From Octopus vulgaris (Eukaryota), in the NCBI GenBank assembly GCA_951406725.2, contig OX597825.1:48484001-48548000 (forward strand): 64,000 nt of DNA, written 5' to 3'. Positions 54,901 through 64,000 of the stretch are shown here, in pieces (the first letter of the stretch is position 1; every line of letters starts with the position of its first letter). The position numbers and the translations under genes were made by a program. The notes beneath the pieces were generated by a model. It did not search any database and had not been told where the DNA came from. It worked only from the letters and a program-made list of their open reading frames with translations.

Positions 54901-57900
54901 TGAAGAAACACATGAATAGGAATGGAACCAGGAACACAGTAGTTACAAATACAGGAAGGAGTACTAACAAATCTAAATACCCTGACAGATGTAAAGAAAA
55001 GTCAGTAGAAAGTGCCCAGAATAACAATAGCGAAAACAATCACATATTGGACCAACGTATTAACAGCAATGACAAATGTGATAAGGAAAGTGCAGCTAAA
55101 ACCCCCTAGTAAATCTAACAGCCTACGAAATGATAAAACAAGCAATGGAAATAGAAAAGACCCCAACATGGAAGGGTACTTAATAAGTACTATGAATATA
55201 AACAAGAACTGTAAGTGAACTGTTTTCACAAAATTAGATCAACTCAAAATAGTAATTGTAACCTCCACAAAAGAGAAAATAGATTGAGGGATACATTGTG
55301 GCATAATGCAGTATTTGGTAGGCATATAGCTACAAACAGTATTGCCAAATTTTTCACTGCTATTGATTGGCATTTTCTGAAATCAAGCAAATACAAAGAA
55401 TTTTTAACCAACACATTGTTAGATTGGCTTTCTCCACCATCAAAAACTTAACACAAATTACAGTGGCACATAACAATGGGAAAATATTTAAATTCCAGAA
55501 CATAATAGACTGAAGCAAACTAGGTAATAGAAATATCAGTTGTAATAATACTCACAATAACAGGCACACATATAAAAATGAAAAGGCAGATAGCCAATCT
55601 ATTGAGATTTTGAATAAAGCACTTATAAACAACAACAGGATAACACACACCAAAAGGGAGGTAGATAGTGTAAGGGAGACAACTGTTACAGTTCATAACA
55701 CAGCTGGTCCTGAAACAATAAAAACTAGACAAAGTAAAACGTAAAATAATAGATACTTGAGACTATAGCTGAAGTGTTAACACTAGTAGATCTGTAGGTA
55801 AGGAATCAAAGTTCTGGACCAAATAACACACGCAAGGTTAATATCAGTGGAAATCTTTGTAGCTGTGGCAGAAATAAAACCTAAAGAAAATATAGTGTAC
55901 AGGTGTAAGGTTACACTAGGTGGAATGTTGCTCAACAAATTTCAAGGTGAAACTGGCAAATTATTTAGCTTCATTTAAGGATAGGGGGAAAATGCATAAC
56001 ATGAGCTTAAGCATGTTTATCTGGTTCCTTAAGAATAAAAACACTGACCTTAATATAGAATAGGAAATAATAGGCATAGTTGAACCTTGCATAATTGGGG
56101 TAAAAAATTGCACTTTACATATAGAAGAAATATTCCATATTTCCATGTTCAAACAGCAGCAGCTTGATAGTAGTCAGGAACCAGGACTAAGATGTCCACA
56201 CATTTATGGAAGGACATTTAAATATTTCCATAGAAAAGATTTTAATTAAGTCAGCACCATGAAAATGGAAGGTGCCTGGGTTTATATGGTAACTATCAAT
56301 GTAATATCTGGTTTGCCTATATTAATATTTTCCATATGTTGAACTATGTATTTGAAAATTCCTGCAGCATATATACAATGAAGAACTACATGTGAATTAA
56401 AACTTGATTTTAAAAAGAAATATTCAGGTTGACCTCACAAAGTAAGTTCTACTCATTTAAATATTCATATTTAAATTTTATCTAAATAAGTGACCAGTGA
56501 CTATACACAGTATCTAAATTCACTAATTCCCATTCCACTTAAAGCTAATATTTTTTTGTTTTAAATACAATCTGACCTAATTAAAGGCCTACTTTCTTGT
56601 CTGGAAACTCAAACCTAAGGTCAGCAGAGGGCCAACATCATAGCAATCTTCATAGCCATATTAGATTATCAAACTTTTCTCTCACATAATTTGCACTTAA
56701 AAAGTGTAGTCAACTTCCAAAAATATATCACTAGCCAAAATTACATACACTTTGTTCACTTCAATCCACTTCAGTGGATGAATCTTGAATAAAGGTGCAA
56801 AGACTAATCGCTAGTTGAAAGTAACAGCATGCAAATGCAATTGCTAGATGTCTATGAAGCAGAAACAAGTGTTGGGAAAATTTAATTCAAATATACTGTA
56901 AATGATTGTAGAAATAATAATAATAATAATAAAAGAATTATGCAGATGTACTAATCTCCACATTCATTGCTACTGTATTGGTTAAATATTTATAATCCAG
57001 AGAAGTCAACCAGGATTTACTCACTGGATAAAATACAGTGGAACTGCTTAAGTCAAGTAATCCTAGGTACTCATTACCAATTGATGTGGTTAGCTTTAAC
57101 CTGGATTATAACCAAGTGCTTGAATGGTACCCACTGGGATAATGTACCTCTATTCAATATATTCATACATTATATATATATATATGTATATATGTGAAGT
57201 GTTCATGATTGCAAGAGGGAGTGTTAGAGTGAAGCAAGATGTCACTGGGGAGAAATGTTTTGGAAATGATGAAAGCACACTTGTCATCACTGTGAATGAC
57301 AAGAAAGAGGCATAGAGTTGTTATTATGTGAAGTTGTTGAATATGGAAAATGCATGGAGCAAAGAAGGACTATCTCATGCTCCTCCTACAGTGGGATCAG
57401 CAATTCAAGTTGACAGCAGCATGGTAGGTAACACAAAGACATGAAGGACCAACTGCTGGACCATCAGAAATAGCTGCAGAGATGCTCAAAATATCTGGTG
57501 AGTTAGGATACATGATTAATCATGTATACAGCAATGTAACATACCAAATGACTGGTGGGGCAGTATCATCATAACCTGCTACAAAAGTAAAGGAGATACA
57601 TTGAGGAATCAACTTGTTGGCTCACATTATGAAGCTCACAGACACAGTCATGGCATAATTGATCAATAACTGATTAAACCCAGGAGAGATGGAGTTTAGC
57701 TTTAAACTCAGAAGAGGTACACCATGGATGCAATCTTCCTAGTGAGATAATTGCAAGAAAAATATTTTGTGAAGAGTAAAAAAATTCTCAGAACCTAGAC
57801 ATCTACTGAAACTACAAAAATGAGATGTTTAGTCCACGCTCACATGACAGAAGGTATATATTATCCTATCTATGGGTTTCGCCATGAATGTAATCACTAG

Positions 57901-60900
57901 GTTCTCGACACTCAGCTTTTCCACTAACACACCATGAGAGCCAAGCAAAGTCTTTAATCAAATCATACACAAATAAACACGTATATGGGGTTAACGTTTA
58001 TGGTACTCATCCAATTCTCTCCACCTACACATCACTCATATTTTTACCCACAAAACTTGTTGCGTTACAACCAACGCTGAAGGGTTTTGGGTAAAGGGAG
58101 ATAACTCTTGATAAATCACTCGCTCGATTATCTCCCGTGATTTTTTTTTTTTTACCTCTAAGTGGATGTATCAATTTCTCACCTCATTAGTATGCCCAGA
58201 TACTTAAGGATTCATTTCAATAGACAGAACAGATATCTCTTGCTTTTTCCGTTGCCGAACACTACTTTATAAAAATTAATGCTTATTTAACTGTAAGTAT
58301 TGTAAAAATACCCTGAAAATGATAATGTCAAAAACGTGACAGTACTTTCTTTCCAAACTAATATATATGTGTGTCACATGCTATATCAAGTAAATGTCCA
58401 AATGAATATACAAACCAGATTTCACATGCCATAGCTTCAGATTGCAGTCGAGGGATCCACTAAGCAAATAGAGAGAATCACCTTTTCCATCACCATGAAG
58501 TTCATCTGGAGAAAATACAAAACAATGAGACAGTTTTGAACAGATTAAGTAAAAGGTTTTGTTGAAAGAGGAAGTGAGTGTATGTGTAGGAAATGCAGCA
58601 TGATGTGGTGAATGTAGTTTACAAGATTAACAATGGTAAGAAACCAGACTAATGAAGGTGGTAGAAGGAGATATGTTGGTGGGACAGAGAAGGTGATATA
58701 TGAGTGGCAGCAAGTTTCATTTGAATTCTGTACTGTACTCTGATAGAATCATATTATTCACTTAAAACACACACACACACACACATATGTAAAAAGGCTG
58801 CTGCCTTTGTTTTATTAATCTTATTTGTTGTCATCACCATCATCATCATTTGTGTATAACAAAATGATGAATAATGTGCTTTTTTTTTCAGATGCAGAAG
58901 CAATAATATGGATTTTTTAAAACATTAAATCATAATTCAATTTTTTCAACGGTGTATCTTGATATCCCTGCATAGTGAAATGTAACATGATATGAATGTA
59001 GTTTAAGAATGGTAGCAAGCCATACTGGTGAAGGTGGTAGAAGAGGGCGATATGTTGGCAGGAAAGAATAGGTGATATATGTTTGGCAAAAGGTTTGAGA
59101 CTGACTAACTTAAAGTATTGAACCTGTGGTAATTTATTAATAAATTGGATTGAAAACCTCTTGGTCACATGTCCAAGTACCATTGGTAGGTAAACAACAA
59201 CCCATGGCAGCTTTTTGTTTATTAGTTTTCACTATTATTTGGCACATACTCTGCACTTTCCCTGTATCATACTCCACTGGATATTAGAGTGGATTGATTG
59301 AGGAGCCCATTACTGATCCTGATTTTGGTTACATGTCATACTTCTCAAAGCCCCCTCCCATTTGATATATATATGCACAGATATGGCTTTGTGGTTAAAA
59401 GTTCGCCCCGGCACCTTGGATAAGTGTCTCCTAGAGTACTGGGCCGACCAAAGCCTTGTGAGTGGATATTTGGTAGACAGAATCTGTAGAAGCTCATCTT
59501 CTGTTTGGGCTGCTCAACTACTTGCTTAAATTAGTAGGGCTAGTATTCAAATAATACCATCTTCATCAAACTTTTTTCTGTTGGCAGTCAGTTTACTGCA
59601 GCTCTAAAGAGGATGACAGAGTGATTTGTTCTCTATTTTGCAGTCAATTGACTATGGATCAATTGTATCATTTAATGAAATTTATCAAAGGAACCAAATC
59701 CCTCCAATGCTTATCTAAAACAATTGTTAGCCTTCAATAAATGTATATAATTTATTACCTGCATTTATTTTCTATACCTCTCTGTAACAACATATCAATT
59801 ATCTTGGTAAATGGACCATAGATTTACAAATTTGACTGGTGACAAGTTTTGAATTCAGATTACCTGGATTCCAAGATCAATCCCAGGAATTATTTATAAA
59901 CCAGGTGCATTTTTTATCTGCTGGAAGCTTTAGAGTTATTTCAACAAGATTACTAATCCTTCATTTATCTCTCTTTGTTTTGATATGGATGTGTGTGTGT
60001 GTGTGTGTGTGTGTACGTGGGTGTACATGTGTATGTGTGTGTGTACATGTGTATGTGTGCATCATCATCATCTTTTAATGTCCGTTCTCCATGCTGGGAT
60101 GGATTGGGCAGTTCAACTGGTGTTGGCCAGCTGGAGAGCTGCCTGGGCTCCGTTTGTCTGTTTTGCCCTTCCTGATGTCAACCACTTTACAGAGTGTACT
60201 GGGTGCTTTTATGTGGCACCAGCACAGGTACTTTTATGTGGCACCAGCACCCACGAGCCTGCAGGACTAGGATCTCTCAACTGAGAGAGGGATGTAGGGG
60301 ACATGTCTGTATGCATGGACAACCATGATTTTATTTAGCATGGTGTGTCTTTTCAAGCACAGCAAACCACCAGAAGTCTCGATCCCTTGTCATCTCTGCG
60401 AGGCCCACCATCTGAAGATCCTTTCTTACCACTTCATCCCACATCTTCCTGGGTCTACCCCTTTCACATATTTCTTCTAAAGTGTTTAATCTGTAAATAA
60501 GGACTTCCTGCTGGAGTCATTGGCTTGCAGTCAACCTTGGAAAGACATCTGTTTTCCTGACATGTCTTGTCATGTTGTATTATCTTTGTAAATGAAATGC
60601 TCCTTAAATGGTGTTGTTTGTTTCCTACATAAAATATGCCTGGACTGTTTGTTGTTCAACAGACAGGGAGATTATTACCTCACTTGAAAACAAGAAGGGT
60701 TGGCGACAGGAAGCACATCTAGCTATAGAAAATTCTTTGCTTCAACATTCTCTTGTCTGACCCATGTAAGCATGGGAAATGAGATGTTAAAAACAATGAT
60801 GATAAATATACATGCATACATAAATACTGTCAATTTCTCTACCAAACCATATTCCACATAATAAACATTCATTAGAAGCCACTTTCTCTGATACTTACCA

Positions 60901-63891
60901 ATTCTATTGGAATCATCTTTATTTAAAAGTTGAAGAGAAGTTACACTGCCAGTGTGACCACTAAAGATGTGGATTTCCTGAAAGGTTTTAAGGTCCCAGG
61001 ATCGTATTGTTGTATCTCGACTGAAATAGGAAAACAAGATTAAGAAAATTAAATACATAAAAAAGACCCCAAAAAACAATGGATTTAGATGAATGAAGCC
61101 TATACATGGTTTCCTTATTTACTAGATACAGAGCCACACTGTCCTCAATTGAAACTCTACTATTAGATGTATTGTGCAAGGGAAAAAAGGAGTGGTCTTT
61201 GCTAGGATGCTGTTGACCATAGGTTGGCTAAATTAGACTTATGTAGGGCTACACAACAACCGAGGCAGTTAGTAAAAGACAGTCATAAGCACCACAACTT
61301 AAAAACCAAGAAAAACACAGTCAAAGTTTCGTGACTTTCAGAATGCGATATCTCAGCAAAGAATGAAGTTAGGAAGCTGGTTTTGGTCTTAAAATGACCA
61401 TGAAGACCTCCTCTAATCATTCCACCCATGTAAAATTATTTACTTATGTATGCATCTGAAAGAAGAAACAATGACTGTGTCTTTCTCATTTTGTAGAATA
61501 TACTGGTACTATGAAGCGGTGTATCACATTGCATATTTTAGCCATAATACTTAGAAAAAACATACAGAGACCCCCACCCCACCCCAAAAGTATTGTTTGT
61601 GTTTTAATATACCAAGGTAAGTATCTTTTAAGATAATAGACTATTATTTTTACGATGGTAATGAGGAATAATAGAGAATGAGCCATAACATATCGGAAAA
61701 TGATACAGGGACCACACCAAAGTTATTGATTGAGCGTGTGTGCTTATGATGGTGTGTTACTAAACTCTCTGGTCCGAGTTTGGATGAGTGAATATTGTGT
61801 CAATAGCATCGAGGTACAATTTTTTTCAGCTGGATTTTCGATCTTATTGCAAGCCTCACCAGTTCTTTCTCTCAACTTTATTGGATTTTAGATGTTGAGA
61901 CAAAGAAAATGAAATACTAACCTCGAAAATGGCTGGGGTGGCGCTTATGACACTCTGTTACTAAATGCCTCAATTGGTTAGTTTAGAGGTAAAATATGTA
62001 TATGCTAGTACAATCACATATACTGTACTTCAACTGCAGAGGTTAGTATAAAGACTATTAGAGTTACCTATTGTACTCATCCAGCTTACATTAACTACAT
62101 TCTAACTATGCTTATCCCAACTTTTATGCAGACATAATGTATCTCAGAATACAATTTTAATGTTTATTTCTAGTAGAAGACAGTAAGGTGGTCCATAGTT
62201 GTTTAGTGTATCAGTGTTATGTTGGACTGGTTAATTCCCTTGTAAAAATAGGGAAACATTGAAAATACTAATCAACAATCAATTAGAATTTTCTGTTGTC
62301 CACATTAGTGTAGTTTTTATAGACTATGGGCTGTGTCCTGCCAACTATTGCTGTTATTGTTGTTCTTTGAATGATCACCTATGAAACCCATAATAAAACT
62401 TAAACCTCAACACTGTCTTCAACCGCAGACCATAAAATTCCAGTCCCTCACTGCAACAACTTTCCCTCATCCCCATAAAAATTTAAAAGACTAATTAGAT
62501 ATTTGGCTTGAATTCCAAGAATTTGCAAAATAACTGTTAATGTTACCTGGCTGTTACCAGAACATTGCCATCTGAGTCCATGTCTGTTACTAAATCATTG
62601 TGACCTTCCAAATTATACACCAGGAACTGACTTCGGTTCCAAACACGTTTTGGCACTTTTGGTTTTATTAATTTACCTTCAATCAAAGAAAACAATGGAA
62701 TGGTTTAATCTGGACAAACTGAGATAATCTAAACAAGTGTGGTGGTGGTGTAGGTTATGAGAGAGTCTTTCTTAGCTGATGGTTGAGATTATGTTTAGAG
62801 ATGGAAAGGAAGATGGTGTTGAGAGTGGTGGTGGTCAGCTGTGAGATTCCAGGACAGTTTATCATGGTATCTGTAAATAGTTTTGTTGTAGATCTCAGTA
62901 GTTCAACCTACATTTCACATGTCTTGTGAAAGTGCATTAAAATATTAATATTGCTCAGCACTGCATCTGACTGAGCAGGCCTATGTTCAAAGGTACTCCA
63001 GCCATGAAACTCTCATCTATCAAACGATTTCTCCTTCTCATTTTCTATGATCCTAAGGTGTGATTTGAAAAGTATTTGACTGTTGTTTCTAGTAGGTGGA
63101 GCGGCTACTTAGAAATACCATCCAAATACTGTTGTGCTAATGAAAGTGATGATGAGGATAATATTACTAGTTGGCTCAAATGTTTGTCTTGTGGTTAAGC
63201 TGACATCATGTAGTGGACAAGATCCATCACACACATATACACATGTATACCAATTCTATAGTTAATGTTCTCAGTTGTGATACAGTAGACTTTGATGAAA
63301 AACTTTCCAGCCATGACCATCAAGTTCGTGTTAGATGTAACATATTTAAGACTACATTATTGAATGGGTCCTTCCTTTTTTAGTGACGTAAGAGTTGATA
63401 CTGATGGAAATGTAGTAGCTGTTTTTAGCATGAGTAACTACAGATAGGTTACCTTGGATCATACAGGGGTGGTAGATAAGAGTAGTGATGAGAAGTAACA
63501 GATTCCTCAACAAGTTTCATTACAAAGAACATGGCTTGATATCAGAGCAAAATTGTTGTATGTTGATATGTCATAAGATGAAGAAAAAAATTAATGCTTT
63601 GGGATGATCCCTTCATTAGAATAGAGGTAGTGTGTGTGTAAAGAGAAGATTGATGGATGTCAAGTAATGAACTTACTTTGTGTTGGTGTTGTTTCTTGTA
63701 CACTGATTGTCGTATCATCACTGAAAGAAAACATAAGATGGTAGAATGGTATAAGACATAATAATGTAGGATGGCATATAATACGCTAGACAGATATATA
63801 ATACAAGTGTGATACATACATATACACACCCTTGTAAGGTCCATTTTCTTTCTCTCAAGTCTTTATAAACTCTACGCAAACAGAGGAGTTC
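40390..63891 (-). CDS. Multi-exon WD40-repeat (beta-propeller) protein gene, 5' end outside window; 11 coding exons, 448 aa visible, acidic C-terminal tail ending CHIL*
   Basis: Manually joined exons 63891-63830, 63720-63677, 62676-62547, 61020-60899, 58505-58416, 52424-52338, 51096-51008, 49073-48854, 48385-48263, 42545-42383, 40606-40390. All have AG/GT boundaries with matching phases and total 1347 nt without internal stops. WD motifs: LEGHNDLVTDMDSDGNVLVTASRDTTIRSWD, FSGHTGSVTSL, LLSGSLDCNLKLWH, IITASDGGKLELWS, IKVVDW, LLSTGGYELKVWK. An N-terminal F-box is possible but not visible here. Confidence 0.9.
41440..41835 (+). mobile_element. Full-length SINE family A
   Basis: tggctgtgtgataagaagcttgcttc...ggttcagtccc head, internal TA/TG tract, tail cagtcaaatgactgaaacaagtaaaagaata. 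Confidence 0.85.
41860..42075 (-). mobile_element. SINE family A, 3' half, inverted relative to the adjacent copy
   Basis: Reverse complement aligns to 41630-41835. Confidence 0.72.
42383..42545 (-). CDS. WD40 gene exon (VHSLPGEDYLGTLND...LLLSTGGYELKVWKQLASS)
   Basis: tcctttacag| acceptor, AA|gtgtgt donor; phase 1/2. Confidence 0.88.
43795..44090. repeat. Degenerate ~45-bp minisatellite
   Basis: Repeated gaattaa(c/t)..caata.actgaag.tgaag units, about 6 decayed copies. Confidence 0.7.
44205..44640 (-). mobile_element. Two tandem family C SINEs
   Basis: Two successive copies of the tgcctttcatc...aagtac domain on the minus strand, next to (TAA)n. Confidence 0.78.
46032..47208 (+). mobile_element. 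Full-length decayed mariner transposon (cecropia/Hsmar1-like), intronic
   Basis: TIRs ta-ttaggttggtgtaaaggcaatggcc / ggccattacctttgcaccaacctga-ta; WVLHEL, TGDEKW, FHHNNARPH, HTPYSPDLTPSDYHLF. Confidence 0.93.
47735..48200 (-). pseudogene. R4/Dong-like 3' end (RLE domain) with (TAA)-rich tail
   Basis: NKLDLVVMDK...ITDIACPFD, VKIVPIIVGPL, LLEKVCLLGMAWVTRKVFDI*, then aaaagaataataataa. Confidence 0.8.
48263..48385 (-). CDS. WD40 gene exon (AIVSKLLNHTEKFGVTDAIFCHQDTLYSSAYDLDKGLAYIN)
   Basis: cttcttttctag| acceptor, G|gtgtgt donor; phase 1/1. Confidence 0.88.
48854..49073 (-). CDS. WD40 gene exon (VCNNYIYSCSSEGIIKVHQW...DDGINIKVVDWKK)
   Basis: attattacag| acceptor, G|gtgagt donor; 220 nt open. 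Confidence 0.9.
49190..49365 (-). mobile_element. SINE family C, internally deleted
   Basis: gagctggcagaattgttaacatgccaggcaaaatgcttag head and tgctggccttgtgtcaaaatttt tail on minus strand. Confidence 0.78.
50022..50210. repeat. Degenerate ~38-bp minisatellite
   Basis: Units like gtaccttattgtggtacttacttacagctaggtggact, 4-5 copies. Confidence 0.7.
51008..51096 (-). CDS. WD40 gene exon (DGGKLELWSVTTTDNLYSLRIYEESVTGLQ)
   Basis: ttttcatactag| acceptor, CAG|gttagt donor; phase 1/0. Confidence 0.9.
52338..52424 (-). CDS. WD40 gene exon (GHVVKSIYTYNPITKLVYVCEEEIIITAS)
   Basis: tctgccag| acceptor, G|gtaagt donor; phase 1/1. Confidence 0.9.
53377..53487. repeat. Long near-perfect hairpin (~49-bp arms, ~12-nt loop)
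   Basis: ttctgttgtgtctggggagagtc...tttttgtgccttataattta / taaattataaggcacaaaaa...gactctccccagacacaacagaa. Confidence 0.92.
53770..54235 (+). mobile_element. SINE family A interrupted by a palindromic insertion
   Basis: Head ggagtggctgtgtgg...ggttcagtacc; body resumes at 54150 (gagaccaatagaataagtacaaggctt). Confidence 0.8.
53974..54149. repeat. Inverted repeat, ~75-bp arms
   Basis: agaacaagtagaaagataaattttaatcaatgcatagatactgaatag... / ...ctattcagtatctatgcattgattaaaatttatctttctacttgttct. Confidence 0.92.
54240..56560 (+). pseudogene. Old degraded PLE (RT to GIY-YIG), antisense in a WD40 intron
   Basis: LDISNYYASINPILLNKALLFA, MGSSDSTQV, LYKDD, LWHNAVFGRHIATN..IDWHF, ENIVYRCKV, SLSMFIWFLKNK; 56505-56560 recurs inverted at ~53285-53338. 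Confidence 0.72.
57200..57780 (+). pseudogene. RTE-like LINE fragment
   Basis: YVKLLNMENAW, GPSEIAAEMLK, IPNDWWGSIIITCYKSKGD. Confidence 0.72.
57780..58365 (+). mobile_element. Probable PLE 3'/pLTR remnant with a decayed hammerhead-like motif
   Basis: gggagataa-type motif also seen in the 30459 repeat; aaatacc-CTGAAAA-tgataatgtc-AAAACGTGAC-agtacttt at ~58305-58350; ends at TA tract. Confidence 0.4.
58416..58505 (-). CDS. WD40 gene exon (DELHGDGKGDSLYLLSGSLDCNLKLWHVKS)
   Basis: ttttctccag| acceptor, G|gtttgt donor; SGSxD..KLW WD signature. Confidence 0.9.
59380..59495 (+). mobile_element. SINE family A, 5' fragment
   Basis: tggctttgtggttaaaagttc...gcaccttggataagtgtct...gccgaccaaagccttgtgagtgga. 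Confidence 0.7.
60060..60470 (-). mobile_element. Retroposon 3' fragment with (GAT)n tail
   Basis: Tail ccagcatggagaacggacattaaaagatgatgatg on minus strand; same tail at ~42760-42790 and ~60765-60800 on plus strand. Confidence 0.55.
60899..61020 (-). CDS. WD40 gene exon (RDTTIRSWDLKTFQEIHIFSGHTGSVTSLQLLNKDDSNRI)
   Basis: cctatttcag| acceptor, G|gtaagt donor; WD and GH motifs. Confidence 0.92.
62547..62676 (-). CDS. WD40 gene exon (KLIKPKVPKRVWNRSQFLVYNLEGHNDLVTDMDSDGNVLVTA)
   Basis: tttctttgattgaag| acceptor, AG|gtaaca donor; first GH-type WD repeat. Confidence 0.88.
63677..63720 (-). CDS. WD40 gene, 44-nt exon (DDTTISVQETTPTQ)
   Basis: ttttctttcag| acceptor and |gtaagt donor; supplies the phase 2 to phase 1 change needed between the flanking exons. 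Confidence 0.8.
63830..63891 (-). CDS. WD40 gene, first visible exon (ELLCLRRVYKDLRERKWTLQG)
   Basis: ttacttcag|GAA acceptor and GG|gtgtgt donor; 62 nt; phase fits next exon. Confidence 0.7.
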
Positions 63892-64000
63892 CTGAAGTAA
63901 ATCCAATGGAATATACAGCCAGACTCTTGTTGACAGTATACTACAAGGTGTTTACCCAAATATAAAATTATTATTTATATGTATTATGTATGCCTAGTGA

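Noticed and set aside
58482-58505. 24-nt microexon ending at AAG|gtgatt
   Set aside because: The longer 90-nt exon keeps phase and contains the needed SGSLD..KLW WD motif
61290-62060. Possible non-autonomous DNA transposon with repeated cttatga...gttactaaa motif
   Set aside because: No TIRs or TSD could be defined by eye

Overview
AT-rich eukaryotic DNA dense in microsatellites. The SINE families and simple-repeat density suggest an octopus or other coleoid cephalopod (inference, not verified). One host gene is present: a 5'-incomplete, minus-strand WD40-repeat gene. I reconstructed 11 GT-AG coding exons by hand (63891 down to 40390; 1347 nt, phase-consistent), ending in an acidic tail and a CaaX-like CHIL-stop. 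Most of the rest is transposon debris: Penelope-like elements (PLEs), RTE, R4/Dong-type, CR1 and Tx1/L1 LINE remnants, two decayed mariners plus MITEs, three non-autonomous Helitrons and many tRNA-derived SINEs. The most notable structures are: a young PLE with ~395-bp inverted termini, a perfect 40-bp fold-back at its truncation junction and a non-canonical (U3-A8) minimal hammerhead; recurrent palindromic PLE-end/hammerhead modules in (TA)n tracts; a seven-unit head-to-tail SINE array in which tail type predicts the next head type; and a CTAG|TC Helitron dimer. Most ORFs in the supplied track are microsatellite artefacts.
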